DNA of 64,000 nucleotides, taken from assembly GCA_020854105.1 (NCBI GenBank), contig JADZGB010000022.1, forward strand, positions 7,805 through 71,804, read 5' to 3'. Source of the DNA: Burkholderiales bacterium (GTDB taxonomy: Bacteria; Pseudomonadota; Gammaproteobacteria; Burkholderiales; SHXO01). Of the stretch, positions 28,815 through 37,758 are shown in pieces (within the stretch, counting starts at the first letter, position 1; the number at the start of each line of letters is the position of its first letter). A model generated the notes under the pieces. It was not told the origin of the DNA. It searched no databases and was given only the letters and a program-made list of their open reading frames with translations. A program made the position numbers and the translations under genes.

Positions 28815-29753
28815 ATGCTGACCGCCATCGAAGCCAAACCTGCCAGCCGCACGCAGCGCGGCTGGTCCCATCTCGACGCGCTGGAAGCGGAGTCCATCTT
28901 CATCCTGCGCGAGATCGCGGCCGAGTGCCGCAACGTGGCGCTGCTGTTCTCCGGCGGGAAGGACTCCGCGGTGGTGCTGCGCCTGGCCGAGCGCGCCTTC
29001 TTCCCCGAGCGCGTTCCCTTCACCCTGCTGCACGTCGACACCGAGCACAACTTCCCCGAAGTGATCGAGTTTCGCGACCGCGTCGTGCGCGATCGCGGCC
29101 TGCGGCTGGTGGTGCGCTCGGTCGGCGAGTCCATCCGCAACGGACGCGTGCGCCTGCGCACGCCCGACGAGCCGCGCAATCCGCACCAGTCGGTGACGCT
29201 GCTCGACGCCATCGCCGAGTTCGGCTTCGAGGCCTGCATCGGCGGTGCCCGCCGGGACGAGGAGAAGGCGCGCGCGAAGGAGCGGGTCTTCTCCTTCCGC
29301 GACGAGTTCGGCCAGTGGGATCCGAAGAACCAGCGTCCCGAGCTGTGGTCGCTGTACAACGGTCGCGTGCGCCCGGGCGAGAACATCCGCGCCTTCCCGA
29401 TCTCGAACTGGACGGAGCTGGACGTGTGGCAATACGTCCGGCGCGAGCGCATCGAGCTGCCTTCGATCTACTTCGCGCACGAGCGCGAGGTCGTGCGCCG
29501 CGGCAGCGCGCTGGTGCCGGTCACCGGTCTCACGCCCGCGCGGGAAGGCGAGCGCGTCGAGCGTCTCAGCGTACGCTTCCGCACCGTGGGCGACATCACC
29601 TGCACCGCGCCCGTGGCCTCGTACGCGGGCACGGTCGACGAGATCGTGCGCGAGACCGAGCGCGCGCGCATCACCGAACGCGGTGCCACGCGCCTGGACG
29701 ACCAGACCAACGACGCCGCCATGGAGCTGCGCAAGAAGGAGGGATATTTCTGA
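28815..29753 (+). CDS. cysD: Sulfate adenylyltransferase subunit 2
   Basis: Frame of ORF 28563..29753, trimmed to ATG 28815. Contains LLFSGGKDSAVVLRLA and the C-terminal KKEGYF. Confidence 0.9.
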   Translation: MLTAIEAKPASRTQRGWSHLDALEAESIFILREIAAECRNVALLFSGGKDSAVVLRLAERAFFPERVPFTLLHVDTEHNFPEVIEFRDRVVRDRGLRLVVRSVGESIRNGRVRLRTPDEPRNPHQSVTLLDAIAEFGFEACIGGARRDEEKARAKERVFSFRDEFGQWDPKNQRPELWSLYNGRVRPGENIRAFPISNWTELDVWQYVRRERIELPSIYFAHEREVVRRGSALVPVTGLTPAREGERVERLSVRFRTVGDITCTAPVASYAGTVDEIVRETERARITERGATRLDDQTNDAAMELRKKEGYF

Positions 29754-31084
29754 TGCGCGCCATCGCACCCGCCGCGCGCGCCGGCCTGCTGCGCTTCGTC
29801 ACCGCCGGCAGCGTCGACGACGGCAAGAGCACGCTGATCGGCCGCCTGCTGTTCGACAGCAAGGGTCTGCAGGCGGACCAGATCACCGCACTCGAAGCCG
29901 CATCGCGGCGCCGCGGCCTGACCGAGGTCGACCTGTCCCTGCTGACCGACGGCCTGCTGGCCGAGCGCGAGCAGGGCATCACCATCGACGTGGCCTACCG
30001 CTACTTCGCCACGCCGGCGCGCAAGTTCATCATCGGCGACTCGCCGGGTCACGCGCAGTACACCCGCAACATGGTCACTGCCGCGAGCACGGCGGATGTC
30101 GCGGTGCTGCTGGTCGATGCGCGCCAGGGATTGCAACCGCAGACGCGCCGCCACGCCTACCTGGCACGCTGGGTCGGCATCCCGCGCATGGTGCTGGCGG
30201 TCAACAAGATGGACCTGGTGGTGGATGCACGGGAGGCATTCGAGCGGATCCGAGCCCAGTTCCACCGCTTCGCCACCGGCCTGGGATTCGCCGAGGTCCA
30301 CGAGATTCCGGTCTCCGCGCTGCGCGGGGACATGGTGGTCTCGCGCGGCGAGGCGCTCGGCTGGTACGACGGCCTCACCCTGCTCGAGTATCTCGAGACC
30401 GCGCCCACCCGGCACGACGATCTCGCGCGCTCGCGTCCTGGTGGCCAGTCCCGGCCCCTGCGCTTCCCGGTGCAGCGCGTGGTGCGCGTGGCGGGCGGCA
30501 ACGCCCAGCCGGACTCGGGCTTCGAGTACGGGGAGTTCCGGGGCTATCAGGGCACGATCGCCTCGGGCGAGGCGGCGCTGGGCGACGAGATCGTCGCGCT
30601 GCCGGCGGGCACCCGCGCGCGTATCGCCCAGATCCTCACCGCCGACGGCGAGCTCGCCCACGCCAGTGCCGACATGGCGGTGACCCTGCGCCTGGACACG
30701 CAGATCGACGTCTCCCGCGGCGACCTGTTCGCCGCCCCCGAAACGGCCCCCGAGGCCACTCAGGACATCGACGCCGAGGTGTGCTGGTTCGACGCCGAGC
30801 CGCTGGTCGCCTCGCGCCCCTACCTCATCAAGCAGGGCTGCGCGACGGTGCGCGCCCGCTTCGCGAGCCTCGCGCATCGCATCGACGTGGACAGCCTTCG
30901 TTTGGTCGACGGCCCCGACACGCTGCACATGAACGACATCGCGCACGTGCAGCTGCGCACGCAGCGTCCGCTCGCGGTGGACCCGTACGAGAGCAACCGC
31001 GTCACCGGCGCCTTCATCGTCATCGACGAGGCGACCAACCGCACCGTGGCCGCCGGCACCGTGGGCCGGGGAGCGCAGGGGTGA
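29753..31084 (+). CDS. cysN: Sulfate adenylyltransferase subunit 1 (GTPase), without an APS-kinase domain
   Basis: Frame of ORF 28925..31084. ATG 29753 overlaps the cysD stop (TGATG). Contains G1 GSVDDGKST, DSPGH and NKMD. Only 443 aa, so there is no fused CysC. Confidence 0.9.
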   Translation: MRAIAPAARAGLLRFVTAGSVDDGKSTLIGRLLFDSKGLQADQITALEAASRRRGLTEVDLSLLTDGLLAEREQGITIDVAYRYFATPARKFIIGDSPGHAQYTRNMVTAASTADVAVLLVDARQGLQPQTRRHAYLARWVGIPRMVLAVNKMDLVVDAREAFERIRAQFHRFATGLGFAEVHEIPVSALRGDMVVSRGEALGWYDGLTLLEYLETAPTRHDDLARSRPGGQSRPLRFPVQRVVRVAGGNAQPDSGFEYGEFRGYQGTIASGEAALGDEIVALPAGTRARIAQILTADGELAHASADMAVTLRLDTQIDVSRGDLFAAPETAPEATQDIDAEVCWFDAEPLVASRPYLIKQGCATVRARFASLAHRIDVDSLRLVDGPDTLHMNDIAHVQLRTQRPLAVDPYESNRVTGAFIVIDEATNRTVAAGTVGRGAQG

Positions 31085-31842
31085 GCGGAACCGTCTACCT
31101 GGTCGGCGCGGGCGCCGGCGCGCCCGATCTGCTCACGCTGCGGGCGGCACGCCTGCTAGAGCGCGCCGACATCGTGCTGCACGATGCGCTCGTGCACCCC
31201 GAGGTGCTGGCGCTCCCGCGCAACGCGGCGCTGGTGCCGGTGGGCAAGCGCTGCGGAAGGCTGTCCACCGCGCAACGCTTCATCAACAAGCAGCTGATCG
31301 ACGCGGCGCGCCGGCACGCGACCGTGGTGCGCCTCAAGGGCGGCGATCCGATGCTGTTCGGCCGCGCGCAGGAGGAGATCGATGCGCTGCGTGAGGCCGG
31401 CATCCGCGTGGAAGTGGTGCCGGGCATCAGTGCCGCGTTCGCCGCCAGCGCGGAGGTCCTGCAGTCGATGACCGAGCGCGGCCGAAGCCGCAGCGTGGTG
31501 TTTCTCACGCCACGCGTCGGCGACGGCGAGAGCGGACACGACTGGGCGCGGCCGGCAGCCGCGGCCGATACCGCGGTGCTGTACATGGCGAGCCGCCAGG
31601 CCCAGGCGATCTGCGAGGGACTGCAGGCCGCCGGCGTGCCGCGCGGGCGGCCGGCGCTGCTCGTCGAGGACGCCTCCCTGCCACATGCGAGGATCGCTCC
31701 GGCGCGGGTGGAATCCCTGGCGCGGGCAGCCGCCACGCTGGGCGATGGTCCGGCCCTGCTGCTGATCGGCGACGTCTACGAGGAAATCGTGGCGCGGGCG
31801 GAGACACCGGCGCAGCCGGGCACGCAGCGCCGCACGGCGTGA
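31081..31842 (+). CDS. cobA: Uroporphyrinogen-III C-methyltransferase (SUMT)
   Basis: Frame of ORF 29245..31842. GTG 31081 overlaps the cysN stop (GTGA). Contains VYLVGAGAGAPDLLT and LKGGDPMLFGR. Confidence 0.85.
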   Translation: MSGTVYLVGAGAGAPDLLTLRAARLLERADIVLHDALVHPEVLALPRNAALVPVGKRCGRLSTAQRFINKQLIDAARRHATVVRLKGGDPMLFGRAQEEIDALREAGIRVEVVPGISAAFAASAEVLQSMTERGRSRSVVFLTPRVGDGESGHDWARPAAAADTAVLYMASRQAQAICEGLQAAGVPRGRPALLVEDASLPHARIAPARVESLARAAATLGDGPALLLIGDVYEEIVARAETPAQPGTQRRTA

Positions 31843-31868
31843 GGGTTGGTGGAAGGCCTTTTCGTTTG

Positions 31869-31935
31869 CGCTGGGTCCCGGCTTTCGCCGGGACGACGGG
31901 GTTTTCGTCATTCCGGCGCAAGCCGGAATCCAGCC
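31869..31935. repeat. REP-like element pair (GGGTCCCGGCTTTCGCCGGGACGACGG + CGTCATTCCGGCGCAAGCCGGAATCCAGCC)
   Basis: Two hairpins with tetraloops (CCCGGC-TTTC-GCCGGG and CCGGC-GCAA-GCCGG). They lie between cobA and cbiX. Confidence 0.65.
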
Positions 31936-31991
31936 AGAACAGAGAAGGCCCTTCACCACCTCGACCAGCCCGATGCGCTGACCTTTCCACC

Positions 31992-32351
31992 ATGACCGGT
32001 CTCGTTCTCTTCGCCCACGGTGCCCGCGACGCACGCTGGCGCGAGCCCTTCGACCGCCTGCTCGAGCGCGTGCGCAGCGGCCACGGCGCACCGGTGGAAC
32101 TGGCCTTCCTCGAACTCATGGACCCGGACCTTCCGGCGGCCGCCGCCCGCCTGGCCCGGGTGGGCGCGACGCGCATCGTGGTCGTCCCGCTGTTCCTCGG
32201 AACCGGCGGCCATCTGCGCCGCGACCTGCCGCGCCTGCTCGAACTGGCGCGCGCGACCGCGGGCGTGCCCGTCGCCGCAGCCGGCGCAGCCGGCGAGAAC
32301 GACGCGGTGCTCGACGCGCTCGCCAGCTACTGCCTGCGCAGCGCGCGGTAG
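31992..32351 (+). CDS. cbiX: Small CbiX/SirB-type sirohydrochlorin chelatase
   Basis: ORF 31839..32351 trimmed to ATG 31992. Contains LVLFAHGARDARW and VVVPLFLGTGGHLRRDLP, typical of short CbiX. The upstream part of the ORF is REP sequence. Confidence 0.75.
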   Translation: MTGLVLFAHGARDARWREPFDRLLERVRSGHGAPVELAFLELMDPDLPAAAARLARVGATRIVVVPLFLGTGGHLRRDLPRLLELARATAGVPVAAAGAAGENDAVLDALASYCLRSAR

Positions 32352-32375
32352 CACACGTGGCAGAATTGCCGCGGC

Positions 32376-32951
32376 ATGAATTTCCTCGCACATCTGTATC
32401 TCGCTGCGGACGACGACGAAGCGCTGCTGGGCAGCCTCATGGGCGACTTCGTCAAGGGTCCGCTGCGCGGCGAGCACGCGCCCGGCATCGAGCGCGCGCT
32501 CGCGCTGCACCGCCGCGTCGACGCGTTCACCGACGCACACGCGGTGGTGGCACGCAGCCGCGCGCGCATCCCGCCGCAGCGGCGGCGCTACGCCGGCATC
32601 ATGGTCGACATGTTCTACGATCATTGCCTGGCGCGCGACTGGCCGCGCTACGCGGCGCTGCCGCTCGACCAGTTCGCGCAGCGTGTCTACCGGATGCTGG
32701 AAGTGCACGACAGCCGGCTGCCGGCCGGTCTGCAGCAGATGGCCCCGTTCATGCGCCGGCACGACTGGCTGTCCTCGTACCGGGAGCTGCAATACGTCGC
32801 ACGTGCCCTCGAGCGCATGGGCGAGCGCCTCCGGCGCGGCAACGGGCTGCTCGGCGCGGGCGAGGACCTCGCCGCGCACTATGCGGGCCTGGACGGGGAT
32901 TTCGACGAGTTCTTCCCGCAACTGATCGAGTTCGTGCACCGACCGACATGA
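32376..32951 (+). CDS. acpH: Acyl carrier protein phosphodiesterase
   Basis: 191 aa. MNFLAHLYLA...LLGSLMGDFVKG is the AcpH N-terminal signature. Confidence 0.8.
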   Translation: MNFLAHLYLAADDDEALLGSLMGDFVKGPLRGEHAPGIERALALHRRVDAFTDAHAVVARSRARIPPQRRRYAGIMVDMFYDHCLARDWPRYAALPLDQFAQRVYRMLEVHDSRLPAGLQQMAPFMRRHDWLSSYRELQYVARALERMGERLRRGNGLLGAGEDLAAHYAGLDGDFDEFFPQLIEFVHRPT

Positions 32952-35035
32952 CAGCAGACATCGTCGCCGCCGATATCACGGCGTTCTTCCAGCGCCATCC
33001 GCAGCCGGACCACCTGGAGGTCGGCGTCCTGCAGCTGCGGCTGCAGGCGCTGATCGAGGCTTCCGACCTGAGCGCACGGCTCAATGCCTGGTCGCATCTG
33101 CTCGACTGGGCCCGGAGCGGCGAACACGCGGACCAGCTCGACGAAAGCGGCCTGCTGTCCGCGCGTGCGGTGTGGCGCTGGCAGGTGCTGCTCGACCTGT
33201 TGCAGGCGGCACCGGCCACGCGCGCCGCAGTGCAGGCGTCGTTCGCGGAAGTGCTGCGGGAAGCCGAGGCAGACAAGCTGTTCGGCACGGCCGGCCTGCC
33301 CACGGGACGTGGCTTCCTCGGCGAGTTTGGCGACCGGCTGCTGCGCCGCGTCCTGCCCCAGCCGCCCGACGAGCACGATCTGGCGCGCCTGCTGCACCGC
33401 CTGTACCGCTCGCGCACCCAGGTCGAGCGCTTCGCACGTCTGCCGCACGACGTGTTCTCGCGCCTGGCCGACATGCTCGTCGCGCCCGAACATGCCGACG
33501 TCTGGAACGCCATGGGGGCGAGCCTCGCGGACGGCTTTCGCCTGCTGGCAGCACGCGTCCAGTTCGAAGGACTCTCGCAGAAGATGCGCGCGCGGGCCCA
33601 GCCCTGTCCGGTGGCGCAGTCGCCGTTCCTGCGCCTGCACCGCGCGTCCGAGGAAGCGCTGCAGGCATGGGAGTCTGGTGCGCCGATGCACGATGCCGCC
33701 GAGGACTGGCACGCGTGCGCGGCCGCCTGTCGTGCGGCCATGCAGCAGATCGAGCGCCGGCTCGATCAGGGGGTGAGCGTGGACGTGGTCTACACCCTCG
33801 AGGTCCTGGACCGCTGCCTGGTGCGCATGGAGCTGATGCTCACCATGATGGAGAGCGAGGACGCGCACATGCGGCGCGCGGCCCTGCATCAGCTGCTGTC
33901 GCTGCTGATCGCCGCCACGCACGGCGACCGCAGCCTGCGCCAGCTGATCGGCAACAACATGCGCCTGCTCCAGCGCAGGATCGTCGAGCGTGCCGGCAAG
34001 ACGGGCGAGCACTACATCGCCTGGACCCGGCGCGAGTACTGGCACATCTGGATGGCCGCGGCAGGCGGTGGCTTCCTCACCGTGTTCACCGCGGCGATCA
34101 AGGCCAGGATCCACGGTCTGCACGCGCCGCTGTTCGTGGAGGGGCTGCTGGCGGGCCTGAACTACGCGGGCAGCTTCCTGCTGCTGCAGGCCCTGGGACT
34201 GATCCTGGCGACCAAGCAGCCGGCGATGACCGCCGCCGCGCTTGCCGCGATCATGCGCGATTACAAGGGCGTCGAGCGCATCGACGGGGTCGTGACCCAC
34301 GCCGCGCAGATCGTGCGATCGCAGCTCGCTGCGGTGCTGGGCAACATCATCATCGTGTCGATCGGCGCCTACGCGCTGAGCGCCCTGTGGCAGCTGGCAC
34401 TGGGCCACCCCTTCCTGGATCCGGCGCAGGCGCGCGACGTGTTCGACACGCTCAGTCCGATCACCAGCCTGACGGTCTGGTACGCGGCGCTCACCGGCGT
34501 GATCCTGTGGGCCGCGAGCCTGGTCGGCGGCTGGTTCGACAACTGGGCCGCGCTGCACCGCCTGCCGCAGGCGATCAGCGAGCACCGGCTGGGCCGGCGC
34601 TTCGGACGACAGCGCATGGTGCGACTGGGCGGGATCGTCTCGCGCAATATCGCCGGCTGGGGCACGAACATCTCGCTGGGCCTCATGCTGGGGCTCACGC
34701 CCGTGATGGGCACGTTCCTGGGCTTGCCGCTCGACGTGCGCCACGTGACGCTCAACACGGGCACCCTTTCACTGGCCACGGCAGCCATGGGTGAGCACTG
34801 GTACGGCGGCTTCTTCCTCTGGGCGGTGGTCGGCATCGGCACGATGTTCGTGCTCAACCTCGGCGTGAGCTTCACGCTGTCGCTGTATACCGCTGCCCGT
34901 GCATTCGCACTGCCGCGCGGCTTCCTGATCGAGTTCGCCGGCGCCCTGGGCCGGCGCCTGCTGCGCCGGCCGGGTCAGTTCTTCCTGCCGCCGGGGCGCA
35001 ACGATACCGCTCCCGAGAGGATGGAAGGACACTGA
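32948..35035 (+). CDS. Gcr-type 'site-specific recombinase' family (PF10136-like) membrane protein, function unknown
   Basis: Frame of ORF 32357..35035. ATG 32948 overlaps the acpH stop (ATGA). 695 aa. The N-terminal half is soluble and helical, and the C-terminal half has at least six hydrophobic segments. The family call rests on my recognition of the overall pattern. Confidence 0.65.
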   Translation: MTADIVAADITAFFQRHPQPDHLEVGVLQLRLQALIEASDLSARLNAWSHLLDWARSGEHADQLDESGLLSARAVWRWQVLLDLLQAAPATRAAVQASFAEVLREAEADKLFGTAGLPTGRGFLGEFGDRLLRRVLPQPPDEHDLARLLHRLYRSRTQVERFARLPHDVFSRLADMLVAPEHADVWNAMGASLADGFRLLAARVQFEGLSQKMRARAQPCPVAQSPFLRLHRASEEALQAWESGAPMHDAAEDWHACAAACRAAMQQIERRLDQGVSVDVVYTLEVLDRCLVRMELMLTMMESEDAHMRRAALHQLLSLLIAATHGDRSLRQLIGNNMRLLQRRIVERAGKTGEHYIAWTRREYWHIWMAAAGGGFLTVFTAAIKARIHGLHAPLFVEGLLAGLNYAGSFLLLQALGLILATKQPAMTAAALAAIMRDYKGVERIDGVVTHAAQIVRSQLAAVLGNIIIVSIGAYALSALWQLALGHPFLDPAQARDVFDTLSPITSLTVWYAALTGVILWAASLVGGWFDNWAALHRLPQAISEHRLGRRFGRQRMVRLGGIVSRNIAGWGTNISLGLMLGLTPVMGTFLGLPLDVRHVTLNTGTLSLATAAMGEHWYGGFFLWAVVGIGTMFVLNLGVSFTLSLYTAARAFALPRGFLIEFAGALGRRLLRRPGQFFLPPGRNDTAPERMEGH

Positions 35036-35046
35036 CGGCGGACGAA

Positions 35047-35180
35047 TGACTGGATCCCGGCGCAAGCCGCATTCGCTTCGTCATCCCGGCGTAGGCCACA
35101 CTCCGCTTCGTCATCCCGGCGTAGGCCGCACTCGCTTCGTCATCCCGGCTTCGCCTACGAGTGAACCGGGATGACGCTTC
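35047..35180. repeat. Cluster of three tandem REP-like units ending in an 11-bp perfect hairpin
   Basis: CGCTTCGTCATCCCGGCGTAGGCC at about 35075 and about 35104, plus a third unit forming CGTCATCCCGG-N17-CCGGGATGACG (35138-35176). It lies between the convergent stop codons at 35035 and 35188. Confidence 0.7.
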
Positions 35181-35187
35181 GGCGGCG

Positions 35188-36180
35188 CTAGCGCGGTGCG
35201 TCGCCCATGCGGAACTCGTGCGTCAGCTCGTCGAGCTTCGCCTCGAGCGCCGCGTCGAGCTTCACCTCCACCGCAGCAACGTTCGCCGCGAGTTGATCCG
35301 GCCTGCTCGCTCCGATGATCGGTGCCGTAATCGCCGGATTCGCCAGCACCCACGCCACTGCGAGCGTGGTCGGCGCGATGCCGGCCTCGCCGGCGACCCG
35401 GGTGAAGGCATCGATGGCGGCGAACTCGCGTTCGTGCCAGTAGCGCTCGTTGTACATCTTCGCTGCGGTGCCCAGGGTGAAGCGCGTGCCCGCCTGCGGC
35501 GTGCTGTCGATCCGGTGCTTGCCCGTGAGCAGCCCGGCGGCCAGCGGGTTGTAGGGGATCACCGCGATCCCCTCCTCCTCGCACAACGGCAGCAGCTCGC
35601 GCTCGATCTGGCGGAACAGCAGGTTGTAGCGCGGCTGCACCGACACGAACCTGGAGATGCCGAGCACTTCGCTGCGGCCGAGGGCGCGCGCCAGCCGCCA
35701 CGCGTGATAGTTGGAGCAGCCCACGTAGCGCGCCTTGCCGCTGCGCACCACCGCATCGAGGGCTTCCAGGGTCTCGTCGGTGGGCGTGTTCGGATCGTGG
35801 TGGTGCACCTGGTACAGGTCCACGTAGTCCGTGCCCAGGCGCCTGAGCGAGGCGTCGATCGCCCGCATGACGTGCTTGCGCGAGGTGCCCTGCTGCCAGG
35901 CCGCCGCGCCCATCCTGCCGCTGCACTTGGTGGCGAGCACGACATCCTCGCGCCGCCCGCGCAGCCACTTGCCGATCACCTCCTCGGTGCGTCCGACGTC
36001 CTCCAGGGTGCCGCCCAGCGGATAGACGTCCGCTGTGTCGATGAAGGTGATCCCGGCCTCGGCCGCGCTATCGAGGATCGCGAACGAGGTGGCCTCGTCG
36101 CACTGCAGGCCGAACGTCATGGTGCCCAGACACAGGCGCGACACCTGCAGGCCGGTGCGGCCGAATCGAACATGCTGCAT
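35188..36180 (-). CDS. Aldo/keto reductase
   Basis: 330 aa. Contains MQHVRFGRTGLQVSRLCLGTMTFG and ITFIDTADVY, typical of the AKR family. Confidence 0.9.
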   Translation of the reverse strand: MQHVRFGRTGLQVSRLCLGTMTFGLQCDEATSFAILDSAAEAGITFIDTADVYPLGGTLEDVGRTEEVIGKWLRGRREDVVLATKCSGRMGAAAWQQGTSRKHVMRAIDASLRRLGTDYVDLYQVHHHDPNTPTDETLEALDAVVRSGKARYVGCSNYHAWRLARALGRSEVLGISRFVSVQPRYNLLFRQIERELLPLCEEEGIAVIPYNPLAAGLLTGKHRIDSTPQAGTRFTLGTAAKMYNERYWHEREFAAIDAFTRVAGEAGIAPTTLAVAWVLANPAITAPIIGASRPDQLAANVAAVEVKLDAALEAKLDELTHEFRMGDAPR

Positions 36181-36377
36181 GGATTCTCCTCCCCTCTTGC
36201 CGTGCCGGCCATTCTAACGCCACGGCCTGGACCGGCATCGGTCGGGTCGCACCAGGCGGCCGGCGGGCCGCGCATTCGACGCCCGCATCTGAACGTCATG
36301 AGCAGGCAGGAGGCCCGATCGCACGCCCGCGGGCCGTGCGGCTGCGCGACAATGCACGATACCCACGACGTCATGCC

Positions 36378-37040
36378 ATGTCCGCCCAGTTCCTGCTTCC
36401 GATCTATTTCGATCTGTCCGCGATCTTTCTGCTGGCACTGACCGGCGCCTGGGTCGCGATCCGGCGTCATCACGACTTCGTCGGCGTATTCATCCTGGCC
36501 CTGGTCACCGGCGTCGGCGGCGCACTCATGCGCGACGGCATGTTACTGCAGGAGGTGCCTGCGGTCCTGCGCGATCCGCGCTATCTCTATGCCGTGCTGG
36601 GCGCAGCGCTGCTCGGCGGACTGACGTATCGGCTCGCGCGCCGCTTCGAACGCCTGATCGCGGCAGTGGATGCGCTCGGGCTCGGCGCCTACGCCGTGGT
36701 AGGCATGCAGAAATCCTTCGCTCTGGGGCTCTCGCCGATGTCGGCGATGGTGGTGGGCGTGGTGAACGCGGTCGGCGGCGGCATCCTGCGCGACATTATC
36801 GTGCGCGAGGAGCCGCTCATCTTCAAGCCCGGGCAGCTGTACGCGCTCGCGGCGCTGGCCGGATGCCTCATGTTCGCGGCGTTGAACCGCCTGACCGACC
36901 TGCACGTGCAGCAGGCCGCCTATGTCGCCATCGGCACGGTGTTCCTCCTGCGCATGCTGGCCATCCAGTTCAACTGGACCACGCAGGTCTGGCACCAGCC
37001 CGACGAGGGAGCGGAGCAGGTGCGCAAGGGACAGGAGTAG
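36378..37040 (+). CDS. Trimeric intracellular cation channel-like membrane protein (UPF0126/YadS family)
   Basis: ORF 36336..37040 trimmed to ATG 36378. It carries the two UPF0126 repeats, each with the GGG(A/I)LRD motif (GVGGALMRD and AVGGGILRD). Confidence 0.8.
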   Translation: MSAQFLLPIYFDLSAIFLLALTGAWVAIRRHHDFVGVFILALVTGVGGALMRDGMLLQEVPAVLRDPRYLYAVLGAALLGGLTYRLARRFERLIAAVDALGLGAYAVVGMQKSFALGLSPMSAMVVGVVNAVGGGILRDIIVREEPLIFKPGQLYALAALAGCLMFAALNRLTDLHVQQAAYVAIGTVFLLRMLAIQFNWTTQVWHQPDEGAEQVRKGQE

Positions 37041-37156
37041 GGCGCGGGTAGGCCGGGAGACATGCTCATGCAGCATACCGCCATTTCCATCGCTGCCGCG
37101 TTGGCGCTCGCCGGATGCGGGAACGCGCAGGCAGCCGCTGGGCGATCATTCCTGCT

Positions 37157-37720
37157 TCAGCGCGCGGCGTCCGGCGTTTGCCGTGCAAGCACCATGCGCT
37201 TGTGCCAGTCCAGTTCCGCCACGGTGAGATCGCGCAGCGTGCCCAGGATGCCGACGTCGACGATGTCGAACTGCCTCGGCACGCGATCGATCAGGCACAG
37301 CGTACCGATCGCCTCTCCGCCGGACAGCACCAGCGGTGCGCCTGCGTAGAAGCGGACGTGCGGCGGCCCCAGCACGAGCGGATTGTCGTGAAAGCGCGCG
37401 TCGGCACGCGCATCGTGCACCACCATGATGCCGTTTCCGTGAATGGCATGGCCGCAGAAGGAGATGTCGCGGCCGGTCTCGCACACCTCCAGCCCCACTC
37501 GGGACTTGAACCATTGGCGCTCGCGGTCGACGAGCGAGACGAGTGCGATCGGAACCTCGAATTCCTCCGCCGCGAAGGCGGTGATGCGGTCGAAGCGCTG
37601 CTCGGGGGGCGTATCCAGGATCAGCAGGCCGTGCAGCGCCTCGAGCCGTCGCGCATCGTTGTCCAGGACAGGGGCGGGTGTCAATTGCGGGGCACGCGTG
37701 AAGAGGAAACCCTCCTTCAT
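37157..37720 (-). CDS. Stand-alone GAF-domain protein
   Basis: ORF 37157..37825 trimmed to ATG 37720. Contains LHGLLILDTPPEQRFDRITAFAAEEFEVPIALVSLVDRERQWFKS and FYAGAPL, typical of GAF sensor modules. Confidence 0.8.
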   Translation of the reverse strand: MKEGFLFTRAPQLTPAPVLDNDARRLEALHGLLILDTPPEQRFDRITAFAAEEFEVPIALVSLVDRERQWFKSRVGLEVCETGRDISFCGHAIHGNGIMVVHDARADARFHDNPLVLGPPHVRFYAGAPLVLSGGEAIGTLCLIDRVPRQFDIVDVGILGTLRDLTVAELDWHKRMVLARQTPDAAR

Positions 37721-37758
37721 CGGCAGCGTGCCCGGCCGCTTGAGCCGCGCCCGGCCGC

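Noticed and set aside
31839-31991. N-terminal extension of the cbiX ORF (MRVGGRPFRLRWVPAFAGTTGFSSFRRKPESSQ...).
   Set aside because: This peptide is a translation of the REP elements at 31869-31935. The CbiX homology starts at ATG 31992.
32948-35035. The family name 'site-specific recombinase' as a hint of a mobile element or invertible segment.
   Set aside because: There are no flanking inverted repeats, att-like sites, integrase, transposase or phage genes. The protein is polytopic-membrane-like. The nearby repeats are the generic REP family found throughout the window.
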